Positions 50,873 through 63,145 of a DNA stretch of 64,000 bases are shown one piece after another. Source of the DNA: Enoplolaimus lenunculus (lineage: Eukaryota); NCBI GenBank assembly GCA_030248215.1, contig JASANG010002092.1, forward strand, positions 1 to 64,000, given 5' to 3'. The translations under genes were made by a program, and so were the position numbers. The notes under the pieces were generated by a model. The model was not told the DNA's origin. It ran no database searches and saw only the letters and a list, made by a program, of their open reading frames with translations. Numbering within the stretch: position 1 is the stretch's first letter; every line of letters begins with the position of its first letter.

Positions 50873-52668
50873 CGCCTGTCCAACTGCATATCTCGTCGAC
50901 TATATGTGTCGACCGTATGCTGCCAGTTAGCATACATGCAGTGCACTGCACTATATTGCATGTGCACATAACGGACAAGCATGTCTCACATGCTTACAAG
51001 GGCTGCGCCGTGAGCGCCATAGTAAATTGTCGCGCTATGAACACGGTATTTGGTCAAAAATAGAAAAGGCGGTCAAGGGACAACCTTGTTGAAAATTGGG
51101 GCATGAAAGCATGTGAGACATGCTTATCCTGGTGCATATGCAATATATCTGCAATGCACATTGTGTAGTATGCTTGCCGGCAGCATACGGTCGACATGTA
51201 GTCAACGATAGAATCAGTTAGTGAGGCGGGCTACGTGGCGCACTAGTAACAGCGTCTGTCTGATACGTAATAGCTCGCTAGTTCGAAACCACCCGTAACC
51301 CGTTTTTCCAGCTACTTAGTAGAAGTGTCTGAAGTCCCGGTTCCTACCTTGACTAACACGGTGGGACCCTGCAGTCAGGAGAGGCAAAATAAATATTAGT
51401 CTCATCCTTATTTAAGTTGCTACAGTACATTTGTCATATAAATCATGTTCTAATGTAACATTTATCTTCTCTGTTACACAGCACAGCACATATCAATAAT
51501 ACCAGGAAAGTTTAAACGCGATTAGAATTTCTGAAATTACTGAGTTCACGCAGGGTTAAAAAAATTTTTCGGAACCCCGGCATTCAAAGAAGTATTAAGC
51601 AACACACTAAGTTCGTCAGCAGAACCTTGACCTCTGCTACAACTTGCAACAACATTATCTGAATTTTTTCCTTACAATTGTTTTGGTTTACCTAGCCACG
51701 TAGTTTTGAACAACACATGTGTAAAGGATTTCGAATTAAGCAGTCCATGTGAAGCAATGTATACTGAAAAAATCGAAGCAGTGTGTTAATGTTACATGCA
51801 ATTTTGGCCAATTCATTAAAAGTCACCTGTAAATTTCGAACCCGTTGTTGAATTAGAGGCACCAGTAAACATTTTTTCGCATTGATAATACGATGAACGA
51901 CTTTGCACCATCACGTGTGCACTGATTGATAAATAATGCACACTTTAATTATATTGTATATATGCATCGCACAGTATAGAATTTTCGTAAGTAGTAACCA
52001 GTGGAAACGCAATCCAGTTCGAGGTTTTAAAATTCCTCTAACTGTACTAGCAAGCAGGATGCAACAGGAATTATATACTGTAACCGGAAAACATAAAATG
52101 CTTACTACCGAAAAATTCGTTTTTAACGCTAGTTTATAGCGTTTAACGGTGTAAACATAAAAGAATGCTAAAATTCTGAAACAAATGCAACAAGCAGCCT
52201 CTAAAAGCGGCAATGAAGACGGGGTAAATAAAAAAATATAAGATCGATTTTCCGAAAATACTATATTCTTCCCGTAGTCTATTGAGATTATAGCAACAAT
52301 AGACAATTAACGTGGCTCATCGAGTCTCACAAGATCTGCCAGAAATTTCCACGATGTTTATATACGTATACGGAGGGTTACCAGTGGGTTGTCGTCAAAT
52401 TTGTTAAACAATTCTATATTAGCCTGTCCGCTGCCAAGAATGCAGCTTCGATAGCTAATCAGAAATCTGTTTCTCGTCTTGTAGTAACGTTTAACTGCCC
52501 GTTATTTCAAAAGTTCGTTCAGAGCCTAAGTTGTTCCAAACAGCTTCAAGCGTTACATTTATCGCGCAAGCCTTTCAGCAACAATCTACTAAAATTTTAT
52601 GGAGGCAGTTTAACCTGAAATTTTGCAAGCTGCAAATTTTAGTAACAGATGACTAAGTCACAAGAGTA

Positions 52669-52872
52669 CACTGCAAAAAATGGGGAGTCAAATTGACTCT
52701 GTCCGAAGTAAGCTTTTCCTGACTACACAAACTGAGTGAAAATTCGACTCCGCCAGAGTCAAATTGAGTCAAATCGAATTTGACTCAGGTGGAGTCAAAT
52801 TTTGACTAACTTTGTGTAGTCCGGAGAAGCCTATTTCGGAGAGAGTCAATTTGACTCATCTTTTTTGCAGAT
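52669..52872. mobile_element. Foldback MITE (about 200-bp imperfect palindrome)
   Basis: CTGCAAAAAA…GAGTCAAATTGACTCT…GACTACACAAA … TTTGTGTAGTC…AGAGTCAATTTGACTC…TTTTTTGCAG. Confidence 0.8.
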
Positions 52873-54113
52873 TATCATAACAAAAAAGTAGTTTTGCTTC
52901 ACGTTAAAGGGGCACCACGAGCCTACAATTTCAGTTAGACCAACGCTAGTATGTCTGAACGGTTAATTTGTAATGTATCAGTTTTAGTCAGCGACTTAGA
53001 AGTATTTTAGGAGTAGAATTAATTACTGTTTCCTTCTGATACTGTCACTAAAGTTCTGTAATTACTTTTGGCTAAAACTTTGACTGATACATATTTTCTT
53101 TTTAGACTTTGAATTTCTGTTTAAAATGCAAATCATTTTTCGTGCGTCCTACTTGTTAAGTTTTTGCATATGGCTTTTTAAGTTTTTAATTTAAAAATAA
53201 AATATGCAAAATTAATATCAATCAAGGATAAGAAACAAACTGTTGACAAACAGTCATTGAGTAAAATACCGAAACAGATAGTGACCAAAACACGCCAAAT
53301 GGCGAGAAATGACCGTTTTTGTAGTCATAACTAGGGATCCAAGTAAGTTTCCCTCAATAATTAAGAGGATGAGACTTTCATTGATACATTTAAGGCGGAA
53401 CACTTCATTACATCTTTGAATGAAACATTCAAAATTTGAAAACAGTCCTACAGTTTGTACAAATGACCAGAAAAAACAATACAACGTGATAGCTATTTTC
53501 ACCGAAAACTTATATTTGGTCGCAGCCAGAAAAAATTAATCCACGGAAGATTCGCAACTAATAGCCTCTAGCACATAAGTCAACCATCTTGTCCATTCGG
53601 CTCCGCTAACCCCCCAGGACAAAATTGTACACAAATCATATTCTAAAATGTATAGTGTGCTGTGGATTTGTGTTTTCCATATAAAAGTACAAATGTGTAT
53701 TGTGCATGTACATAAAGATATGCAAATCACCTTGACTGTAAACACGACAAGATCAAAAATAAGTTTTGCAAAATCAGGGGGGATAAATAGGGCATATTTA
53801 AGGGGGTCACTTATGAATTAACCCTCGAAAAATTTCAGTTCTTTTCCATCTTGTTGAAAGCAGAATTTCAGCAACTTTCATTTACCCTAGAAAACCAAAA
53901 TTTCATTAAGTAAGCTAGAATTATCGCCTTTTCTTTTTGTACATTTGGTAAAATTTACAAAACATCTTCGATTAAAAATTTTACATATAATGCGTTCTTA
54001 ATAATACATCGGATTTGTATTAATTTGAAAAATTACAAACCGCACATATTCGTGAGCTCCTATTCTCGTTAAACATTTTTCTTTTCTCAACACGAACAAG
54101 CTTTGATAATATC

Positions 54114-54463
54114 CTGGGTACAACCGGAGGTCTGCCTCCGGCTCCGGCAGAAAATCGGCCTACGGCTCCGGTTCCGGCTTTTATAGAACTTTTTGCCGTA
54201 GGTTCCGGCAATTTATGTAGTAAAATTTTGAATAATTTTGCAAAATTTATCTGCTAAAACGCGTTTCGGTTTACTATTGCCATAATTTTTAGGAAAGAAG
54301 TTTCAAAATTTCGCAGAAAATTAGCGTAAAAACAAACAAATTCACAACATATTGCACATGTTGGCTAAAATTTACTAATTAACCATCATTTTTACTACCT
54401 GATTTCGCCTCACCTTCGGCTCCAGCTCCGGCTCCGGTATATTTCACCTTCGATTGTTCTCTG
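54114..54463. mobile_element. hAT-type MITE related to 40363-40667
   Basis: CTGGGTACAACCGG … CGATTGTTCTCTG, TSD ATAATATC / ATGATATC, shared internal sequence. Confidence 0.75.
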
Positions 54464-56036
54464 ATGATATCCGAACGAGAAAGGGATTCGTTGTTTATAG
54501 AGATATTGTGGAATTTTTAATGAAGCAAACCACAAATCAACAGCAAATATTGCTTAAGAGAACTGGACATGATTCGGACCAGAATCAGATATTTAGTGGA
54601 TTGCAGAGATATGTCTGATGTCGGCCTTAAATCAGTCAACTGAACTCAAGTTGAAAAGACAGAGATTTTGACAAATGCGCAGATAAAATTCCAATTGTTT
54701 AAACGCTGCAATGTCAGAAATAGACACTGCGAATTTAAAGTACAAGGTTCTTTAACATCAAGTGGTGGTACTATACGTAAAATAGTTCAAAATTTTCAGA
54801 AACGTGACTAAATGAAGCATGTTTCAACAATCAACTTGTTTGTTGAAGATTATTTAGCAACTTTGAGTTTTGCTGTCATGATCTTTGGTGTCTCTTTTTT
54901 GATGTAAATGCTGCAAGTAGTTGTATATCAAACAAAAGAAGTCAAAGTTAGACAGGCAAACTAAAATTCATGAAGTTACCTGCGACTCCTGCATCGATCT
55001 TTTAGAAAGTATATAAATAGTTAGCTAGGCACAGAATTTGCACTAGCGATGTAGTACGATAAGTATCTTGTAAGATTCAGAAGGTGGGTTAGAGCCTATA
55101 GATGCTCTTTCGACTGGGGCAATGGGGGTCGTAATCAGCTGAGTGGAAAAGCGCACGGATAGAGAGTTTTAATCTCACCACATTCAATGTAATAACCACG
55201 ACGCCACACAGCCTGCTGTAATAAGTAGAGCAGGCTTGGGTAAGACGGCATTTAGCTTTGAGTGCTTGCAGCTGAAGACGGAGGGGCGTTCTTACGAGGT
55301 GTCGATTCCATGACCCATGGCCGGCAGGCTTTTAGTCCAGCGAGCTATCACTGAGAGACGCCGCCTCAATCAGCTGACGAGTTTTCAGGTTTACACTCGT
55401 GTATCTTTGTTCTTCTTTGGTTTGCTGCTGCTGCTTGAAGGTACTACATTTTGCGTCAGTGTTTTTACCGATGTGCAGCATCAGCGTGAGGTTTTTTATT
55501 TTGCCTCTATGCATTCGCATGTCACATCCCCCGTTTTTCTACAGGGTCGTCCCTTTACCGCGAACTTTTGTTTTTGTTCTTATACGACAGCTTGCCATTA
55601 CGCCCCCATTGTGGTCACCATGTGATAAGTTGGATAGGCTAGGGTACGGCGGTTTTTCGTTTTGAGTGCTTGCAGCTTAAAACGAGGGGCGTTCTTACGA
55701 GGTGTACATCCCATGGCTGACAGAATCTCAGTCCAGCGTGCTATCACTGAGCCACGCTGCCTTACAATCAACTGCTGTTTTTTCAGGGTTGTTTTATAAG
55801 AACCTCAACATTGCACTCGTGTTCCTTGGTCTTACATGTTTTACTGCTGCATATGTAGGCATTGCATGTGCATCAGTGCTTTAACCGCTGTGCGGCCTCT
55901 ACGCTGGATAGATCTTGAGTTTTCAGGGTTGTTTTATAAGAACCTCAACATTGCACTCGTGTACCTTGGTCTTACATGTTTTACTGCTGCTGCATATGAA
56001 GGCATTGCATGTGCATCAGTGCTTTAACCGCTGTGC

Positions 56037-59000
56037 GACCTTTACGCTGGATGGATCTACGGTCAGACGCCACGCCAACTCTTCGAGGAATCACAATCAT
56101 CGAAAGAAGGCCCAAAATCCAGTAACCGACACGCCAACCCAATTTGGCGTCCCACCATCGTTTTTTGGCTCAAGGAGCAGCCCCTGCCGGCCTCGCTGCT
56201 CCAGCTTCTACTGATAATGGCCGGCATACACCCTCAACCTGGTCCCACGTATCCGTGTCCAGTATGCACAAGGAATGTTGGAAGGCCAGCGGTCCAATGT
56301 AGTCGGTGTAGAAAGTGGTTGCACGTCAAGTGTGCAAAGGTCAATTGCTTTCGGGATTGGACTCAAACATCACATGGCCCATGTTGTTTTCCGACGGTTA
56401 CGAAGGTTACGCCGCCACGGACGGCGGGGGTCAACGTAGCCCAGCCGGAATCGTTCATAAACGGTCTGTCAAGGAAAATAGATGAGTTGATTGATTTCAT
56501 GGTCAAGAATGAAATAGCAATTGCCGCTGTTCAAGAAACAAAACTGAGAACTAGCACGCAACTGAAAAGAAAAGGTGAATATCTGATGATACGGGAAGAT
56601 AGAAAGTGTAACAACAAAGGGGGAGTCGCGTGTGTTGTGCACCAAACTATTAGTTTTTCGAAAGCGAAACTGCCAGAAGTTGTAGGTGATAGCTTTCTAG
56701 AGCAACAAGCAATCGAAGTGAAGTCTGGCCGCTTGGTGTTTCTCATCATCAATATCCATGTGCCATCACAGACGAGTTGTGATCCCAGGTACCTTCCATC
56801 ATTCGAGCATCTTCGTCGATTAGGTGAATATGTGCTGGTGGGTGACTTCAACGCTCATCATGGTGACTGGTTTTCCATCCTGGCTGAGGATAATAGAGGT
56901 ATATTGCTGGCCGAGGAATATGATAATCTCGACTTGGTGGTCTTAAACGGCGATAATCACACTAGAATGACTCCTGATGGCAACAGTTCACCAGACGTCA
57001 CGCTGGCAACTGGGGCTTTAGCGCCATCAATCGACTGGTCTGTTGAAGTGAAGTTGAGCAGCGATCACTTACTAATCTGCTTTAAAGTAAAAAGAGAACT
57101 CACATTCTTCCATCGGAAAATCGGTTCTACGTGAATTTTGATAAAGCTGATTGGGAACGGTTCGAAAAATACTGCGAATAGAAGTTTGAAACAGCACGAA
57201 TCCCAGAAACGGTATTCGAAGGTGAGAAGTCTTTTCATGAGATCCTCAATGAGGCGACCTGGCTATACTTACCCAGAGGAAGGATCAATAGTATTCGACC
57301 GAATTTCCCCAATGCGGCAGCGAGGCTTGCTGATCGCCGTGACGCTTTGCGAGCAATGAACCCTGCGGATCCTGAGGTGAGAAGACTGTTACGAGAAATC
57401 TCCAAAGCAGTGAAAGCCCACAAGCAAATGAAGGGGAAGGAGTACGTAGAACGACAAGAGCTGAGTGGACGTCAGGGCAACGACTTATGGAAGTTTCTGA
57501 AAAGATTGGCCAACCCAACACCCAACGTAGGGCAGGCAGCCGTGAAATTCACGCACGGACCGGTGGCTGAACCAAAAAAGATCTGTCAAGCACTCAATCG
57601 ACAATATACACCAGGAGAGAACAATGACAAGGCAATCCGGTCGATTATTACGTAAGATCAAAGATACCGGTCCGGTCATCACCTTCAACACGGTTCAAGT
57701 GGCGTTAGCGGTGAAAGGCACGAAAAATTCCAAGGCATTGGGGCCTGACGGAATCTCACCCATCATGCTCAAGCATCTAGGAGCAAAAGCCCTAGAGTAT
57801 CTGTGCCATACACTCAATCTCTCGCTCAAGGACTTGAAGATTCCCTGCCGGTGGAAAGTTGGACGGTTAGTGCCGTTGCTGAAGCCAGGTCAAGCGATGG
57901 ATGAGGGCAAGTCATACAGGCCGGTGTCGCTATGCGCTGGAATCACTACTGCTGCCGCAGATCGTCGCCGGCATCGAGCTAACGGATCATCAACATCTGT
58001 TCAGGAAGATTCATTCTACTATAACAGTGCTTCATCGAGTCACGCAATCAGTATCAGATGGCTTCAGCTGAAAGGCTCCGTGCGACAGGACAGTGCTGGT
58101 CGCACTCGATCTGAGCCGTGCATTCGACTCAGTCGACCATGCCACACTTCTCAGCGATCTCCTGCAGACAACGGTTCCAGCCAGATTGTTACGCTGGTTG
58201 ACAGCGTATCTCAGACGCCGTCAAACATACGTGGAATTCAGATGAGCAAGATCTACATATCGGAAAATGAAAGTAGTAGTTCCACAAGGTGGTGTGCTGA
58301 GTCCAATTCTATTCAACTTATATATGGCACACATGCCTCTGCCACCGCCTGACGTCAGAACGGTTACGTATGCGGACGGTTGCACAGTCTGGAGCACTGG
58401 ACCGGACTACCATGATCTCTGCGACAACGTCAACGACTATCTAGAGGAGCTGAACGACTGGTTTGCTCGCCGCAAGCTGGAATTGTCGGTGCCAAAGTCA
58501 ACAGTCACACTGTTTATAACGCACAGGCATGAATACAAAGTAGAGTAGGAAGTCATCATAGGCGGGAATCGAATTCCTACTGTCAGGCAATCGAAGGTAC
58601 TGGTTCGTTGTGCTCGACAATTCATTGCGGTTTCATGCTCACGCTAAAATGGTCGAAGACAGAGTTCGCAAGAAGAATTCTGCCATAAAAGCGATTGCTG
58701 GTCAATCATGGGGCAAAGACAAACAGACAATACTAACTACATACAAGGCTACGAGTCGTTTGGTTATGAATTACGCTGCTCCAATCTGGGCGCTGAATCT
58801 CTCAGAGTCGATGGGACTCCCTGCAACGTGTGCAGAATTCAGCACTTCGAATTGCTACCGGATGTCATATTATGGCAGCATCCGATCACCTGCATCAAGA
58901 AAGCAAGATTCTACTAATCAAGGAGCACAACACCATGCTGTCAAAACAGTATCTACTGTCGTGCTACAGAGCTGATGATCCATGCACGACCTAACATCAC

Positions 59001-59514
59001 CCACACGCGATCCGAGTCATCAGCGCAATTTGCGAAACGATCTACCACATGCCTATACCAACGAGCCGGTACGACTGGACGTACTCCCACGAAACGGTGG
59101 TCTCGACCTGCAATCTTACAAAGCCGGACTCAGCAAGCTGCACTGAACAAGTGTAGAAGATGCCTTGCAAAGTTATAAAGAGAAGCGGCATCAACGACGA
59201 ACAGAAGGGGCTGTCGAGGAAGCTAGATGTGTCCTGGCGCAACTACGATCAGGGTGGTGCCAATTGCTGAACAGCTACAAACATCGGATTGATGAAAACT
59301 GTCAGAGTTGTGCTCAGAATGCGGCATCAGGCCACACACCTTCAACACTTATTCGACTTCCCAGCCAAACCAACCGCATTGAATGTATCAGCGTTATGGA
59401 ATAGACCACGGGAAGTGATTGCTTGGTTCGACTCTACACTGACAGATGGAGAAAGCGATGGAGGGATGGACGAATGACGTTGGTTACGTCTGCCAGAAGA
59501 AGAAGAAGAAGAAG
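56037..59514 (+). mobile_element. Decayed single-ORF non-LTR retrotransposon (PHD finger + APE endonuclease + RT; Ingi/Vingi- or I/jockey-group-like)
   Basis: TSD AACCGCTGTGC (56026-56036, 59515-59525) and (GAA)n tail. Motifs CPVC…QCSRCRKWLHVKC, VQETK, GDFNAHH, SPDVT, SSDH, GPDGI, SYRPVSL, LDLSRAFDSVDH, VPQGGVLSP, YADG, WGKDK, LAQLRSG. Confidence 0.93.
56217..59477 (+). pseudogene. LINE EN-RT ORF broken by multiple frameshifts and stops; catalytic YADD changed to YADG
   Basis: ORF-track fragments 56217-57134, 57347-57655, 57624-58352, 58267-58548, 58610-58975, 59165-59477 carry consecutive domains in different frames. Confidence 0.9.
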
Positions 59515-59820
59515 AACCGCTGTGCAGCATCAGCATGTAATTTTTTGTTTTGTCTCCATATATTCGCATGTCATACCGTCCTATCCAACTCATTTTGTAT
59601 TCGATGCCTGTTTATGTCGATACTTCAACATCCGAAATTTATATAGGTATTGCAGCGCACTGCATTAATTACTTTGGGGACAAATTACGGCCTAGCATAC
59701 ATATCCTTATTTGTTTTATGCAAAACTGTTCAACAAGGGCGTTATTTGGCCGCACACCTTATTTGTATCAGGATACAGTGTTGTTAGTCATCATAGCATC
59801 GGTTGCGTACTTCACATTTA

Positions 59821-60003
59821 ACTAAGCAGCTGGAAAAGCATATATGCGGGGTGCCTCGAACTGCTGAGCGTCGGTTTAGATTTCAGTCTCTCCCACTGCT
59901 TTTATCGTCAATCATATACATGTCTTCAGTATTTTGCCGGCTAGCATATAACACATGGCGGCATTGCATATGCACAGACAAGCAGCCCTACCGTATGCAT
60001 AAC
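59821..60003 (-). mobile_element. Degenerate family-B-like LTR remnant
   Basis: CTAAGCAGCTGGAAAAGC…TCGAAC…TGCCGGCTAGCATA…GACAAGCA resembles 50422-50620. Confidence 0.45.
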
Positions 60004-60020
60004 TGGAAGGAAGAGGACAT

Positions 60021-60408
60021 CAGGGTGGCAAGAAAGGTTCGGATTCGGGTTCTGATTCTGCAAAAATTTGAGATTCGGATTCGGTTGTGGAAAAGCCGAA
60101 TCCAAAAGCCGAATCCAAGAAAGTTCGGTAATATGTTTTTTCATTTTTAAGCAATAAAATTTTTAAATACCTTGCTATAAAAATCAATATTTTTGTTTCA
60201 GGTGAGAAATCTCAGAACTGACGTCGGGACGAAATATATTAACGTATTAAAAGTTATACGGCTGGCATTGCGTTGATATTATGAAACAAATTATAGTTAT
60301 CTGAAATTTGCAACATGCAGGATTCGGATTCGGCAAATTAGCACTGGACTCGGATTCAGTTCGGATTCAATTTTGGATTCGGCAATTTAGCGCTGGATTC
60401 GGATTCGG
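60021..60408. repeat. Probable MITE remnant with GGATTC hexamer clusters
   Basis: Starts CAGGGTGGCAA with GGATTC arrays near both ends; right TIR and TSD not identified. Confidence 0.45.
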
Positions 60409-63145
60409 TATATATATATTATATATTATATACATTGACTATGCTTGTTTTCTACATGTTGTTTGTTTGTTTACCTCTTTTTACTGGGGTGGCAAAATAT
60501 GAACAGCGCTGATTATAATATAGACATATATTTTGTAGGCTACGTAAACCAAAAATTTTGGTTCTGTCTTCAACGATTTTGTGACCCTCACCGGTTCCAA
60601 TCCTCCGATTCCGAATCGTAACCTTGGCTGCAAAAATTGCTTCATACAGATGAAAGTATTGTACAAATTAAAATTGTGCTAACTCGTTTCACATACCGAT
60701 ATAGCAAGCTAATCTTATGCCGGTAATAGAAAGTTTACATTTCGGAAGTTTTGTTCCAGGTTTTTGTTAGTTATTATTTTAAGTCAATGTTGGCAGCCCT
60801 CATTGCCATATAAAAAGGTTCTCTCACTATTATCGGAGTGTTAAGAAAGTTGTCGTTAGAGTTCCGATTTATCAGGTTCCTGTTCCGGTTTGCAAATAGG
60901 TTCCTGTCGACCATGATATATATAAAAGTGTATGTATTATATGTACTGCCTCAGTTACCGCGTTTTATCATGATCTCCATGGTTTACCATCGAAGATAGA
61001 TTTCGCTTCGTTGGATGAAGAAAATCTAAAGTACAGCAGATTAGGTCGATACCTATCTTCAACTAAGGTTATTTCTCCAATAGTACAACAAGTAGACAAA
61101 TTAAAATCAATTTTTCGTTGGCATACATTTTTCACTTTGCGGATCCAGTCCCACGGTTTTGTTCAAATTGCGATTCCGGTAAATTATAATTCCGGTTGCA
61201 CCCTGATAGTAATAGCATTTCAACTTATTGTTAAGTGCAAACAGATGGATAAAGAGTTGTGTTATATGCATTAGAGCTGCCGCAAGGCCGGGACCGTTAC
61301 TAACCGGGCCCCAAGTTTGAACATATACGACAACTATCAACATGAGCTAGGAAGATTTGTTTAAGCATTCGTGGCAACTGGAATTTTGGTTCTGGTGGGG
61401 AAATTTGGTACTGTACGAATCTTATATTAAAGTCGGTATTTTTATCGGTATTTTCTGTATTAGAAATTGTTCCAATTGAAAAATTTAAGAAACAAGCTGG
61501 CAAATTCTGTTTAAGTTTGCGAAATATGTACTGCTAAATTTTCAATTTGTGTCATGCTTCATCATAAAATTGACTAATCGAACGTTTTTCAAACAAAGAA
61601 TTAAGAAAAAGGCTTATACTTGCAATTACTTATCTCTGACGGTAGATGTTCTGTCTGCTAAAAGTGGGAGCCTGGTATACACTAAAATTAGTAAGAAATT
61701 TTGCGTGTTATATATTGCTTATTATCTGCAAACGAATTATACGGTAACAAGTATTTTTCACGTTCCGCTTGCGGTATTTTTCGTTTTCCGGTTAAGGTAT
61801 TTTGTAATTCCGGTTGCAACCTAACGTTTGCATGTAATTTTATGTTATATATAACACAAAAAGTATCTGCTACAACAATCCGTAAAACGACAAAAATACT
61901 GGATTTAATGCTGGAAGCAAACATTGAAAACTGTTGCAGGTAAGATTGAGGGGCTACCGTTATTAAGCCGCCTGGCTGTTTCCAAACACACTGTTACAGG
62001 CATAGGTTGGCTTGACTTGAACCGCACTTATTTGCTAAGTTACACAGATTGATCATTGTTTGTTGCCAAATTTTCTTATAATTTTTTGACCTTGAAATTT
62101 TTCGTTTTGGATCTGCTAAATTTCGACTGTGTTTTTCATTTTGAGCTGTAGTTTTTCTTGTAATTGCAAAACGTTTTAGTTGTTTATTTTGTGCTACGGA
62201 AAGCACGTACAGTAAGTATATTTACATATATATAGCAACCCAGCACTGCTATATCTGTCACGTGCTAAGTAGATATATTTCTGTAAACTTTGAAATACAA
62301 TTTCACAAAGCTTTTTTGTACACTATTAATAGATGATTATACCTGGGGGTATATCTTCTATCGAAATTTCTAACGAGACGAGAAACTGTTAACAGATTTA
62401 GAATAACTTATAGACAAACGCCGAATAAAAATTGCTCGATCGCTGCCTACATTCGTTCGTAATAAACTTTCAATAAGAAGACTATTCTCTAGAAATGAAA
62501 TTCTGGATGCGTTTGTAACTGTTGATTGTTGAATTACATATTATTGTACAACGGCTGATGTATATACAGCTGAAAAACAACCTCAAACACAGTTTTATAT
62601 TATGCATTGTAAAGTAGCTCCAATACCATGTGATCGGCTGTTATTATTGTTGTCAAAGCTCGCACGTTTTGTTGTAGTTATAATGTTTAAGTAAATAAAA
62701 TTTTCATTTTTATTTTATAGTTTTATGTTTATTTTTGTTCACCCTCGTCGATATCTACAACGGTACCTACTTTGTCAATTTGACTAGCGGCAGCAAAAGT
62801 TGCGTTCAGTGAAGGGAATGGCGAGAATTAAAGCAGAGATTATAGATGAAGAAGGTAGCTTCTAAAGGGTTGGGGGTATAAAAGTATGTCGCTGTGAATT
62901 AGCTGGAGCGAGCCATAGCTGGATTTTGGGCCAACGTTGTTTTGTTATTAATATTTGATATCGGTTCCAGTCTACGTTTGTAGGTAAATGGTGTATGTGT
63001 GCCAAAAAGGGCATAGGGTAAGCAGCCTTGTTTAGAGAATTATTGACCATGTATTCATGTGATATTTAGCGTTTTTATCGCCTAGGCTGAAGTGATGGTG
63101 TTGCGGTCGTAGCCAGAAGAGGGTGGCATGTGGGGATTATATGAC

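Larger units (their letters stand above)
50381..50998 (-). mobile_element. TRIM family B (young copy B2): 5' LTR 50743-50998, interior 50636-50742, 3' LTR 50381-50635
   Basis: About 255-bp near-identical LTRs TGTAAG…CTGACA, PBS TGGGGGCTACG, PPT GAAAATAAGGG, perfect 5-bp TSD AGGGC (50376-50380, 50999-51003). Confidence 0.92.
50018..51358 (+). mobile_element. TRIM family B (older copy B1): 5' LTR 50018-50373, 3' LTR 51104-51358, interrupted in its PBS by B2
   Basis: TGTAAGCATGTGAGACATGCTT…CCTACCTAGACTGACA, then TG-AGGGC[insertion]AGGGC-TGCGCCG…GAAAATTGGGGCA, then TGAAAGCATG…GACTAACA. No TSD recognisable. Confidence 0.8.
48977..51425. mobile_element. Old copy of the 7110-type MITE split by nested insertions
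   Basis: Left end TA|CTGTAGTGG…TTTTGAGTCGTAATCAATAGGAGTC and right end GGAGAGGCAAAATAAATATTAGTC…CTTATT…CTACAG|TA match the two ends of 7110-7510. Confidence 0.65.
55217..59575 (-). mobile_element. TRIM family A, second copy: 3' LTR 55217-55526, interior 55527-55620, 5' LTR from 55621 to 59575 interrupted by a LINE
   Basis: PBS TGGTGACC, PPT AGAAAAACGGGGGA. LTR sequence resumes after the LINE tail (GTGCAGCATCAGCATG…TTCGCATGTCATA). Confidence 0.75.

Noticed and set aside
49314..51358. Tandem SINEs or hammerhead retrozymes
   Set aside because: No CTGANGA…GAAA core was found and no convincing HDV-like fold could be built by eye. TG…CA ends, PBS, PPT and a 5-bp TSD explain the repeats better as LTRs.
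53545..53615. Degenerate tRNA-like sequence on the minus strand
   Set aside because: A and B boxes are both imperfect and no boundaries could be defined.
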